This document shows, one piece after another, positions 1 through 11,015 of a DNA stretch of 64,000 bases; within the stretch, counting starts at the first letter, position 1; every line of letters starts with the position of its first letter. Position numbers and translations under genes: made by a program. Source of the stretch: Octopus sinensis (lineage: Eukaryota); NCBI RefSeq assembly GCF_006345805.1, contig NC_043026.1:1550001-1614000 (forward strand), written 5' to 3'. The notes below the pieces were generated by a model, which saw nothing but the letters and a program-made list of their open reading frames with translations, was not told where the DNA came from and made no database searches.

Positions 1-72
1 CTTAATATGTTTTGCTAAAATTGCTGTTTCTTTTCAGATATCATCAGAAAAAGCTAATTAAAATTCATTAAA

Positions 73-744
73 ATGACAGATCTATCGGACTTTCAAAGAG
101 GTGAAATTGCTGGTGCTTGTATGGCAGGTATTGGTGTAATGAAAATAGCTGAAATATTTGGTGCATCAAGAAGTACTGTCTCGAAAGTAATGACAGCCTT
201 TGAGAAAGAGGGAAGAACCTCCTCATTGAAACAAAACTCCGGAAGAAAACCAAAATTTTCAGATAGAGACAGTCTGACTCTTCTGCGAACTGTTAGAAAG
301 TATCACAAAAGTAGAGCTTCCAAAATTACGGCAGAGCTTAATGACCACCTCGAGAACCCAGTTTGCACAAAAACTGTTTGCGGAACTGTTTCCGGAGGGA
401 AACTCAATTTTTCAGGATGACAATGCTCCAATTCACACAGCTAAAGTTGTTACTGAATGGCACAAAGAACATTCTAGTGAAGTTAGACACCTTATCTGGC
501 CACCACAGACCCCAGATCTCAATATTATTGAACATTTATGGTGCATTTTAGAAAAACGAGTAACTACAAGAACTGGAGACTGTTTTAACTGAAGAATGGA
601 CAAAAATTCCTTTGGAAACAATTCAAACTTTGTATGAGTCCATACACATCTCATAGAATTCAAGCTGCTAAGGGTGATGCTACCCCATATTAAAATAAAT
701 TTGTTTGGAATTTTAAGGTATTCCCATTATTTTGTCCAACCCTT
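73..744 (+). mobile_element. Tc1-family transposon remnant (internally deleted, frameshifted transposase) with right TIR
   Basis: ORF 73-420 is a Tc1-like HTH region (LSDFQRGEIAG...SGRKPK). ORF 341-592 has FQDDNAPIH and WPPQTPDLNIIEHLW (DD34E region). TIR-like ggtattcccattattttgtccaaccct at 717-743 is followed closely by TA. Confidence 0.88.
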
Positions 745-1762
745 CTATGTGTGTGTGTGTGTGTGTATATATCTCTTATGATAAAAGGCAGATTTTCTCT
801 GCCTGTTCCCATGTTCCTTTTTAATACAATTCTACAATATAGAATTTCTTCAAATAGAATTTACCTATGATTTTTCCAAGTAGATTCGATTGGTTCATGG
901 CATAAAAAGTTTTTTCAATTTGACCCCCAATTAAGCAAAAATTCGAAAAAACTCAATATTTTACGATTTCCCTCTTTCATTTCAAGTGGTTTATTCCTGC
1001 TATTACTTCTACTTTCTCTTTGCAAGTGTGAAACTATCAAAGTGAAAGTATTATATAACACGGATGAGCCATTAATACTGGTCATCCTTTTTGCTAGAGG
1101 AAGATCTGCTATGGTCTTATATGCTACACCACTGGTCTTCAATTCAATATTCAATTTTTCACCCTTATTATGTGTGTGTGTGTGTATTAGCAATTCGTAT
1201 AAAATTGCATCAATGACTTGAACTTGAATAAGTGGTTTCACATAAATGAGGATAAATTAAAAAGGTTTGTCGTTATTATTATTACTGTTTGACTATTGTA
1301 ATCACGTTTGTTGGTTCCTCGTCAGGGAAACGTTGTGTTGCATTTGTTAAATAATTGTAAACCGTAACCCTTCCCCTTTCGGAGAAGGGGCTTTGGTTAT
1401 TGTTTAAAAATTGAATTGTGTCCCTGTTTGGGAAAATTGACAATATTTTCACCGTCTTTATGGAAGCATTTTTGTTAAAATGCCTTCGATGGAAGAAAGT
1501 CCAAAAATGAATTTCAAGAGGGAGGACAAGATCCAATTGGTCGAAATTGCAAGAGACAGGCCTACAATTCCAGTCTGTTATATATTTTGAGTATTGTTAT
1601 CACTAGCGATATCAAGATATAACTTTGTATTTTGTATTTTATGTGTAGATGTATATATATATAGATGTACATGTAATATGTACACATATATATATACACA
1701 TACATACATGCATAATATATCTACCCATACACACATACGCACGCACACATACATAGGGGCAG

Positions 1763-3376
1763 GTGTGGCTGTGTGGTAACAAACTACGTTCGAAGATACT
1801 GTACTTGATATGGGCGGTAATGCCTTGCCGGTCTATGGCCTACCTTCAACAAACCGGGAAGGCACAAACACTGTCTTCACATTTGCTGCGTGAAACATGT
1901 TTTAATGTTGACAAGCTTGCCGAGTACATAGCCGACAATGAGCCAAAGCTCCTTCCAGAACAGAAGTTCGCTTACAACTCCATTGTTAATTCAGTCCGGG
2001 CCAAAGCTGGGGGGATTTTTTTCCTGGACGCTCCTGGGGGCACTGGGAAAACTTTTGTCAACAAATTAATATTAGCTGAGATTAGGCGAACACAAGGCAT
2101 TGCCCTAGCTGTGGCATCATCTGGAATTGCAGCTACTTTGTTGCCAGGCGGCAGGACAGCTCACTCCACTTTCAAGCTCCCGCTTGACTTAGCGAAGACC
2201 AAGACACCAACTTGCAACATCAGTAACAGCTCCGATCAGGCAGAAGTCTTCAGACGATGCAAGCTTATCGTTTGGGATGAATGCACGATGGCCCACAGAG
2301 GTGCTCTTGAGGCACTAGATAGATCTCTCAGAGACATCAAACACTCTTCAGCTCCCATGGGAGGCATAACACTTCTTCTTTCAGGGGACTTCCGACAAAC
2401 ACTTCCTGTTATTCCCAAAGGGACTAGAGCTGATGCAGTAAGTGCGTGTCTTAAGTCATCCACATTGTGGCCACTGGTGAAGACTCTCCAACTTCACACC
2501 AATATGCGTGCTCATATGCAACATAATATCACATCAGCAGCATTTTCTCACACCCTCCTTGCACTTGGCGAAGGCAAAATACCAGGGGATGAAAATGGTA
2601 ATATTGCCATCAATTCCATTTGTACCATTGTTAAAACACCTTCTGATCTCAGAGATGCAGTGTTCCCAGATCTACAAGCTAATTATCAGAATATGGATTG
2701 GATTGGCCAAAGGGCTATTCTGGCCCTGAGGAATAAAACTGTTCACCATATTAATGATGAAATGCTAAAACTCATTCCTGGGGATGTCTATATATATAAG
2801 TCTATCGATACAACTCCTGACCCAGAGGACGTCATCAACTATCCAATAGAGGTACTCAATTCCTTTGAGCCCCCTGGACTACCACCACACTTTCTCAAAC
2901 TTAAAGTTGGTGCCCCTATAATGCTCATTAGAAATTTGGTTCCCCCAAAACAATGCAATGGCACACGTTTGATCATTAAGTCCTTATCTCCCAATCTGAC
3001 TGAGGCCACCATTATCACAGGGTGCGGTCAAGGCAACGTTGTGCTCATACCTAGGATGCATCTTTTCCCATCAGGAGCAGACCTACCTTTCATATTTCGG
3101 AGGTCCCAGTTCCCAGTAAGGCTATGTTTCGCAATGTCAATTAACAAAGCGCAGGGTCAAACACTGTCTGTGGCGGGAATACATTTGGGAGAGCCATGTT
3201 TCTCTCATGGTCAGCTTTATGTTGGCTGCTTGCGTATCGGCAGCAACAGTGATGCTTTCGCATTCCTTCCACAACGAAAAACAAAAAAACATTGTGTACA
3301 AGGTTTTATAGGATTACTACGTTTCATCATTTTCGAACACGTTAGTATTTCACTTACATACAACTCTCTTTTATGA
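1763..3376 (+). pseudogene. Helitron PIF1-like SF1B helicase domain (frameshifted at both ends)
   Basis: Helicase motifs present: FFLDAPGGTGKT, AVASSGIAATLLPGGRTAHS, IVWDECTM, LLSGDFRQTLPV, TNMR, AMSINKAQGQTL, HGQLYV. The true upstream frame (TFEDTVLDMGG...) shifts near 1865, and the GTG start comes from an adjacent SINE head. Confidence 0.85.
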
Positions 3377-3959
3377 TGGCATTTACATTTTTAGGCGTTT
3401 CATGACATTAATTCACACTTAACCAACACCTGTCCTTCGCTCAACTCTATTTCTATCCATTCATCATCAAACCACCAGCCTCATCTTCTATATCCAACGT
3501 ACATGACACATCTACACTCACTGTTAAAGTTTACATAAGCGACAACACGATTGCAACATACACTTTGGAAACTAAGCAACAGATCATTTTATACAACAAC
3601 AAATTTAATCATAACGCCCATCAATGAAAACATCTCCACCACTGTGTTGTGATTCATCTATTCAGCACCACTACAGTCTTGCCGGTCTGACATATGGTGA
3701 GTAGATGCTATTGTTCTATATTTTATAAATTACCCATATTTACTTACCCATGCTTCATTCCCCTCTTGCCTACATAGGGCATCCATTCTCTTTTAACACA
3801 GCATGAAGTTTTGTAACAGCACATCCGCTGCCGTTCGTGGAAAACGAAGAGACCCGATTCACCTGCAAACGTTTTACACGTTTGCATCATAATTCAGTGC
3901 AATCATTAACAGTACTTTCAAGCAATTCAGCCCCGAGCATCGCCGGGCAATTCTGCTAG
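1781..3959 (+). mobile_element. 5'-truncated Helitron with 3' hairpin and CTAG terminus
   Basis: Carries a PIF1 helicase ORF and ends cccgagcatcgccggg-caattctg-CTAG|t (3932-3959). No Rep/HUH domain is seen. Confidence 0.88.
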
Positions 3960-3972
3960 TATATATATATAG

Positions 3973-4148
3973 TTGGAATTTGCAAAATAAAAAAAGACGA
4001 AGAAAGGTGTATAAACAACAAACACGTGTATTAGTTTAATGCGTGGTAAGGTGGGAAAGTCTTCTATGTTTTGAGTGTCTGCTCTCCAACAAAAAGGAAC
4101 AGGAAAAAATAAACAGAGAGAATAAAGCTTCAGTGGCTAGCGGTCAAT
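3973..4148. repeat. Short dispersed repeat, probable Penelope-like terminal repeat remnant
   Basis: A similar diverged sequence recurs at about 24670-24840, and both adjoin (TA)n. The family assignment is inference. Confidence 0.35.
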
Positions 4149-4675
4149 CATATGTATATATACATATATATGTATATATATATATATATATACATATATA
4201 TGTATATATATATATATACATATATATGTATATATATATATATATACATATATATGTATATATCTATATGTATATAATAATAAATATTAGGGAATAAATC
4301 CAAATTTACATGGAAAAATCAGATTTAAGATTGAATCCAACTTTGTCTCTAATTTATTATAATATATATGTATATATATATATATGTGTGTGTATATATG
4401 TCTGTGTGTGTATATATGTGTGTGTGTATATATATATATATACGTGCATATATATGTGTGTGTGTGTGTGTGTATATGCATGTGTGTATATATATGTATA
4501 TATATATACATATATATGTGTATATATATATATGCGTATATATACATGTATATATATATATATGTGTGTGTATATATATATATATGCGCGTATATATATA
4601 TGCAAGCATATACATATGTGTGTGTGTGTGTGTATATATATATATGTGTGTGTGTGTGGTGTGTGTGTGTGTGTG

Positions 4676-4740
<65 letters not shown>

Positions 4741-4750
4741 TATATATATA
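4149..4750. repeat. Compound (TA)n/(TG)n/(CA)n microsatellite
   Basis: Directly visible. It produces the YI/CV/HT low-complexity ORFs. Confidence 0.95.
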
Positions 4751-4751
4751 T

Positions 4752-7700
4752 TATTTATTTTATTGTGGCCATGCTGGGGCACCGCCATTTGGTGTTGCTA
4801 CATGATTTTACTTCACGAATGCTTTTTAGCAATTGCCATTTGGTGCATGAGAGAGTTCGATGCAGCTGCCCTCATCTGCACCTCTTGCCGTGAAGTTGCT
4901 TCATCTGGGACACCTGACAAGAAGAGATCCAGTTCCATTTTAAAGACATCTGCATCCACCCCATGCAGGTCTCTGAGTTTCTTCGGGAGGATATTGAAGA
5001 GCTGTGGGCCTCAGAAGCCCAGGCTATCACAGTATCTTGTCCTACATCTTGATGGCAAATTTGGAGTCTTTGGCACTATGCAGTGGCACCCAGTTCTGGC
5101 ATTTGTGTAACTCTCGATGCCAAAGTTTGGGACAAGTCTTTCTAGGATCTTCCAGATGTATATCATGGCATATCTTTCTCACCTACGCTCTAAGGAATAG
5201 AGTCTCAATCTCTTGAGTCTTTCCCAATAGCTTATATGCTGCACAGAGGCTATCTTCTTCGTGCAGCTTCGTTGGATCGCCTCAAGTTCTGTGATTAACT
5301 TGACACTGGATGGTGACCATAGCTGAGAGCAATAGTCAAAGTGGCTTAGGACAAGTGTCCTCCAAAGGACCATCATGATTTCCTGGTCTCTTGTTCTAAA
5401 GGTTCTAAGAATCCATCCGGTCAGCCGCCTACATTTCATTGCCACTTTAGCAACATGTACACGAAAGGTCGCGTCATCACTCATGTGAACACCCAGGTCT
5501 CGCACTGATTGTGCCTCTGGGATTGCAATCCCTCCGGGTCCAGTGTATTCATTGGGTATTGCATTTGGTTTTGCATACTGATAGCATAAAGCTTGAAACT
5601 TTCCAGCATTGAACTGCATGCTATTCTTTTCAGCCCTCTTGTATATTTTGTTCAGCTCACATTGCAGGTGCATAGTGTCTTCAGGGTTCTGTATTGCCTG
5701 TGAAACTTTTGTATCATCTGCATTACTTGTGATCGTGGCTCTCTGCGTGGCTGAGGGCATGTCTGAGAGGGCCATTATGAACAGTAGTGGTCCCAAAACA
5801 GTGCCCTGCGGAACACCACTCACTATTTGCGTGTTAATGGAAGTGGCCCCATTGGCCACTACCACCTGACTTCTATCTTTCAGAAAGTCATGAAGCCATT
5901 CTCCCAGTTTTCCAACTATGTTGAGATCACGCAGTTTGTGACATATCATTCCATGATCGACTTCATCAAAGGCCTTTGCAAAGTCGAGATATATGACTTC
6001 CACATTTGAGTGGTTGAGCAGTTGTTTCAGCACCCAGTCATAGTGTTGTAGGAGCTGAGTTAAGCAGCTTCTTCCTGGTCGGAAACCATGTTGGGTGTCA
6101 GGCAGCAAGTTATTTTCTTCAAGGAAGGTGATTAGTTTCCTTCTGACTATTCGTTCCATGACCTTGCTGATGTGTGAGGTCAGAGAGATAGGTCTGTAGT
6201 TCTTGGCCTCTGCTCTGCTACCTCCTTTATGAATAGGGCATATTTTACCTTCCTTCAGTTTTCTTGGTAGTTTGCCAGTTGCAAGGAAGCTCTGAAAGAG
6301 GAACTGCAGTAGTCTTGCTAGGACTCTCTTACATACTTTTAGAAGGATTGCTGGGAATCCATCGGGGCCAGTAGCTGAGTTTGTTTTCATTTCATCTATA
6401 GCCTTGATTACATCGTCTTCCTTTATATTGATGTAATCAATCATCGCTGCCTCTGATTTTATATCTGCAGTGGTAAAGAAGTCAGTTGGATAGCTGACTT
6501 GAAAATGCCCTAGGGGTGGAGTGAAAATACTCCTGAATTGCTCATTTAGTATTTCACTTATCCTCAATGAATTTCCCGTGAGTGTGCCATCCTTTTCAAG
6601 GAGTGGCCCTATCCTACAGTGCACCGTAGCTGTTTCTTTGGCATACCTGTAGAAAGCTCTGGGGTTAGATTTTATGTTGTCTATAGCCCAGGCTTCTTTG
6701 TCTGGTCTTTCTTTTTCATGGGAGAGTCGCAGACATTTTTCAATTTCCAACAGTTTTATTTTCAGGCGAGACTTTTCACTGCTTTGAATTTGTTTGTTTA
6801 AGCGATTTGAAACTTTTGTACGCTGTCTCATTAGAATTTTCCTCTCTCTGGGGATTTTGTTCTTGTGTACAGTGGCCTTTCTCTCTGGGACACATTTTTA
6901 GCATATGGCTTGCATTACAGACATGAATTGTTGAAGTTTCATGTCGATGTCTGGCAAGGAGAGACATTTAGGCCAGTTTTGTTTGAGGATCTCTTTCTCA
7001 ATTTGTTTCCAATTTGCCTTTTGGAAGTTCAAGCTGGAAAGATTCTGAGAGTTTCTTGTAGACTGCATGTCCATGCTTTCCTTTGGCCCATACATAGTCA
7101 ACTCTACCATGTTGTGATCCGAGAGTAGTGTCGGTGTCACTTTCACATTATGGATGAGATCCATATTATTTGTGAAGCAGAGATCCAGTATGTTACCTGC
7201 CCTGGTTGGTTGGAGTACTATTTGCTCCATGTACAAAGTGTTGATGAGGTTCAGGAGGGACCTCACCTGTCCTTGTTCGCATCGTGTCATTCCTGGGAGA
7301 GAAAGGCCTTCGGGCCATCTGACATTGGGTAGATTGAAGTCTCCCATAAGAAGTACACTTAAGTGTTGTTCTAATGTGACTAGAACTTCTATTTTTGTAA
7401 GGCAGTCTTCAAACTTGCCTACATGGCTTGGGGCATCTGGAGGGCAATATGTAGCACACACAACTACATCAAGTTGCCTTTTATGTACAATTAGTGTGTC
7501 ACACACCGAATTTGAGTATGACAAAAGGACCTGGGGTGTGAGGTCCTCACGGATGTACATAGCAACTCCTCCATGACTCCTTTCTTTTCTGTCGGTCCGT
7601 AGTACAACATACTGTGGTATGAGTATTTCCACATCTGCTATGTCCGGTTTCAGGTGCATGCAACAAAGTCTCTCAAGAAAGGGATTTTTGTCCTGTTACT

Positions 7701-7759
7701 GAGTGTTAGCAGTCCTCTGATGTTCAGTAGGAGCACCGAGGTGATGTGTGTGCTGTTAC

Positions 7760-7760
<1 letters not shown>
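4752..7760 (-). mobile_element. CR1-like LINE, ORF2 region (APE endonuclease + RT), inactivated
   Basis: APE motifs: LLNIRGL near 7730, RTDRKERSHGGVAMY, LLMGDFNLP, NILDLCFTN, LSDHNMV. RT motifs: TGPDGFP, NYRPISLTS, QHGFRPGRSC, YLDFAKAFD, SGVPQGTVLGP, and NADD in place of YADD. There is a frameshift at 6830-6900 and an AAAT-type 3' tail at 4752-4763. Confidence 0.92.
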
Positions 7761-7799
<39 letters not shown>

Positions 7800-7802
<3 letters not shown>

Positions 7803-8762
7803 GGTGAATTGAAGAAATGGAGCTGAACGAAGATTGAACAGAAATCGTTTTATTTCATTCTACACGTGTTTCGAAAGGCACAATTTACCAAAATCCGATT
7901 GAATAATGAGACCATATTGTGTCTTTCTCTTCAGGAAGAAATAGGAAATCCGTTGGAAAAAACAAAAACAGAACAGAGGCGGAGCAAAATAAATCGAACT
8001 AGGCTCCTAAGAGCCCATGGCAAAACTGTTTATCAGTGTATGTTGAGAACCGGTGGCTGAAGATTTTAACGGGTCAGGCAGCGGTCAATCATGTGGGTGA
8101 GGGTGTGTAGATGTTCTTTGTGACCGAGAATAAAGTTCTGACTATTTAAGGAATATTGGATGTTTTATAAGGGGCGAGAAAAAATCTACTTAGAGACATG
8201 TGTGTGTATACTGTTCTATATATGTGTGTGCTGGCGTAGGGGTAGAAAACAAATTCTGGTAACAAATTCTGAAATAGCCTTTAAGATATTTACGATTAAC
8301 CACTGCAAGGGGAATTACTCCTGTAAGATAAACGGGGCTTGGTTTTTTGACAACGGGGCGTTACCTTGACAAGGCAGGCTCAGACGAACACACACACACA
8401 TAAAACATAATATATATTTTTTTCTGCCACCCAACGGTTCTTACTGCAGTAGCCATTGTGGAGAGCGGCTTAACCACTGACAGCCGAGCGATCAAACGCA
8501 CACACGTACACAAAAAATGTAAAGTGTGCCTTTCGAAACACGTGTAGAATGAAATAAAACGATTTCTGTTCAATCTGCGTTCAGCTCCATTTCTTCAATT
8601 CACCAATAATATTTTAATTTCAATTATCCGCACCAACGCACGGTTGCAACACCATATGGTTGTACCTCCAACCGTGCTGTTTTCTGCTGTGATTTTTGCT
8701 ACCAAGGTATCGGTTAAACTTTTGATTAATCTGCTACAAGATTATTCATCTTTCTATTTCAC
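7800..8762. mobile_element. Penelope-like element remnant with inverted terminal-repeat arms
   Basis: 83-bp inverted repeats (7800-7882 and 8525-8607, 1 mismatch), a hammerhead motif, and (TA)n on both flanks. An inverted pLTR plus hammerhead is typical of Penelope-like elements. Confidence 0.65.
7851..7943 (-). ncRNA. Type I hammerhead ribozyme motif
   Basis: Minus strand: tatttcttc CTGAAGA gaaagacacaat...attgtgcctttc GAAAC acgt GTA gaatgaaata. Complete core, 11/12-bp stem II, minimal stem III with palindromic loop, bulged stem I. Confidence 0.8.
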
Positions 8763-8801
<39 letters not shown>

Positions 8802-9022
8802 GTCGGCGAGCTTGCAGACATGTTAGCGCTCCAGGCGAAATGCTTAACGGTATTTCGTCTGTCGTTATGTTCTGAGTTCAAATTCCACCAAGGTCGACTT
8901 TGCCTTTCATCCTTTCGGGGTCAATAAATAAAGTACCAGTTTTGCACTGGGGGTCAATGTAATCGACTTAATCCCTTTGTTTGTCCCTTCTATGTTTAGC
9001 CCCTTGTGGGCAATAAAGAAAT
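8802..9022 (+). mobile_element. tRNA-head SINE with Deu/Nin-type central domain
   Basis: ggcgagct(t/g)gcaga...gagttcaaatt (B-box-like) followed by gcctttcatcctttcggggtc(a/g)ataaa..agtaccagt. Related copies at about 10565-10737(-), 11863-12065(-), 21360-21575(+), 22180-22380(+), 49530-49720(+), 50650-50820(+) and 61710-61900(+). Confidence 0.75.
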
Positions 9023-9100
9023 ATGTGTGTGTGTGTGTGTATGTATATATACATATATATGTAGGTCCCGGGTTGGGTCGGGGTTAACCACAGTAAATAA

Positions 9101-9150
9101 GGTACTCCTGATGATTTCATTTGAATGAAACAGTTCTAGTTCTGTAGAAG
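9101..9150 (+). ncRNA. Degenerate hammerhead ribozyme motif in a Penelope-like remnant
   Basis: tactc CTGATGA tttcatttgaat GAAAcag ttctagtt ctgTA gaag. The core and stem III are intact, while the stem II closing pair (U-U) and stem I are degraded. Confidence 0.5.
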
Positions 9151-9167
9151 CTCCTTCTATAAAATAA

Positions 9168-9218
<51 letters not shown>

Positions 9219-9653
9219 GATCCTTGTAAAACTCCTTTTATCACTTTTATTTCTTTCCTTTTAATGCCCTCCATTTACTGATAATCCATCACTCCGACTT
9301 GTAGTTACTTAATGACAGGCCTACTCGATTTGTCATCGATAAAAAAAACCCTTTTTAAAAAACAATTTTTTAAAAAAAACTTTTAAATATATGGAAACCA
9401 ATCTTTGGAGAATAGTATATTAAATTATTAAATATATGCGTGTGGTTGTGTGTGTGTGTGTGTGTGTGTAGATACCTATATTTGTACATATGCTTAAGGA
9501 TATAGTAGTGTATGTATATATTTATTAGGGTTTAACTGTAGATATGTGTGGAGATGTGTGTGTAATTCCATGTATTTAATGCTGTGCATAATGAGGCATA
9601 CTTGTATACGCTCGAGCATGTTAGCTTATATATATAGTGTATGAGTACGTGTG

Positions 9654-9695
<42 letters not shown>

Positions 9696-10377
9696 TACAC
9701 TATAAACTTACAAAGCTAGTAACTTGTAGCTTTATAAGTTACTAGCAGTGGTGGCTAAACTGACCATTCATCGCAACAATATCAAATTACAACCTCCAAA
9801 TTAAGAAGTTATTTATGACCCCTACCATCCCATCAAACCCAAAATCTCAGCCCTTTTAGTATCTTATCTCTTACTCAACCTTATAGTCTCAATTCTTTTT
9901 TTTTTCATTTGTTACTTTATTCTTATTTGGCCAATTCTTATTTATTTGTGGTTCTAACTTTATTATCCTTATTTTTACTTTTTTTTACTATTTTTGTCTT
10001 TTGCTTTCATTGTCTTCTACTTCCAGGACCCTTGCCCTTTATTTCTTATTTCATTTTTTAACGTTTATTTTGTTTCTCTCTATTTTTCGTTTTCTCCTTT
10101 TTTTTCCTTCCTATCTTATTTTCCTTCCTATCTTATACAAGCGAATTAAATAAAAAACCCATTCCAATCTATTTAACATTCACTCTCTCTATGTTGACTG
10201 GTGCTACAGTATGGGCAGATTTTCGAAATCCAATGAATCTTTATACATTTATACAGTTAGGCAATTTTACAAATACACTTTCTCAGGGAGATATGATATA
10301 CCTATTATAATGGGTAATACTACATGTACTTTTCATATCTTTTATGTTGTGATGTAATTCTTTGGACTAACAATGTC

Positions 10378-10470
10378 TGCGGCTGAAGAGAGCTTTAAAC
10401 CATCTTTTATATCAATAATACACTGATGTAAGAACGGATTGTTTATAAAGCTTGAAACAGGTGTATCGCA
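10378..10470 (+). ncRNA. Type I hammerhead ribozyme motif
   Basis: tgcgg CTGAAGA gagctttaaac...gtttataaagctt GAAAC aggt GTA tcgca. 5-bp stem I, long stem II, complete core. Confidence 0.75.
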
Positions 10471-10564
10471 ATATCCGTTGTGTTCTGGTTTTAATTTTAT
10501 TTGACATGCAGTGAGTGATGCCCCAGCATGGGCACAATCAAATAACAGCAGCTACTAAAATAAT

Positions 10565-10737
10565 AATCCTTTGTAGGCCTGAATGTTTGGGTGAGAAGTA
10601 TAGCTGATTTCATCAACCCCAGTACTCAACTGGTACTTATCAATCCCAAAAGGATGAAAGGCAAAGTTGACTGCAGAGGAATTTGAACCAAAAATGCCAC
10701 TAAGCATTTTGCCTGGTGTACTAACGATTTTGCCAGA
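10565..10737 (-). mobile_element. Deu/Nin-type SINE copy about 54 nt downstream of the exon 2 donor
   Basis: Reverse complement of the 8802-9022 family (aaaggatgaaaggcaaagttgac, ctggtactt). Confidence 0.7.
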
Positions 10738-10790
10738 TTAAATAACAATAATAAAAAGAAGAAAAAATTTTAAAACTCTAGAAATCTTAC

Positions 10791-10872
10791 CATTGGACAT
10801 CGGTAACGAGCCACCAGGCCCAGCCCCAGTTTCCAACAATGGTTTTCTTGCTCTCTGGACCCCAACATCCAC
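10791..10872 (-). CDS. FLOT2: Flotillin-2 coding exon 2, (G)GCWGPESKKTIVGNWGWAWWLVTDVQ+TG (82 nt)
   Basis: The minus strand has a polypyrimidine tract and ttttcag| acceptor and a |gtaaga donor. The translation matches the flotillin-2 motif GGCCGSxKKxIVGGWAWAWWLVTDVQ and joins exon 1 in frame. Confidence 0.93.
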
Positions 10873-11015
10873 CTGAAAAAAAAAGAAAAAGAAACAAATA
10901 TTAGTTTTTTTGAGAGTAATTTTATATTTACTTGTTTCACTCATTGGAAAGCAGGGTTTAACTCTTGTAGCATTTAAATGGCCCGATCTGGCCCTAATAT
11001 TCTGTTTTATATTCT

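Noticed and set aside
915-1536. Two minus-strand ORFs (108 and 84 aa) as possible flotillin exon 3 or a gene
   Set aside because: No resemblance to the expected flotillin-2 continuation or to any family I recognise. One contains a (CA)n-derived run, and it is probably an unclassified repeat remnant.
1763-3376. Host PIF1 helicase gene
   Set aside because: Intronless, frameshifted at both ends and followed by a Helitron hairpin-CTAG end, so it is transposon-derived.
4043-5110. Overlapping ORFs rich in YI/CV/HT
   Set aside because: Translations of dinucleotide microsatellites. The same applies at 15031-15582, 34671-35168, 39300-40526 and 60308-60746.
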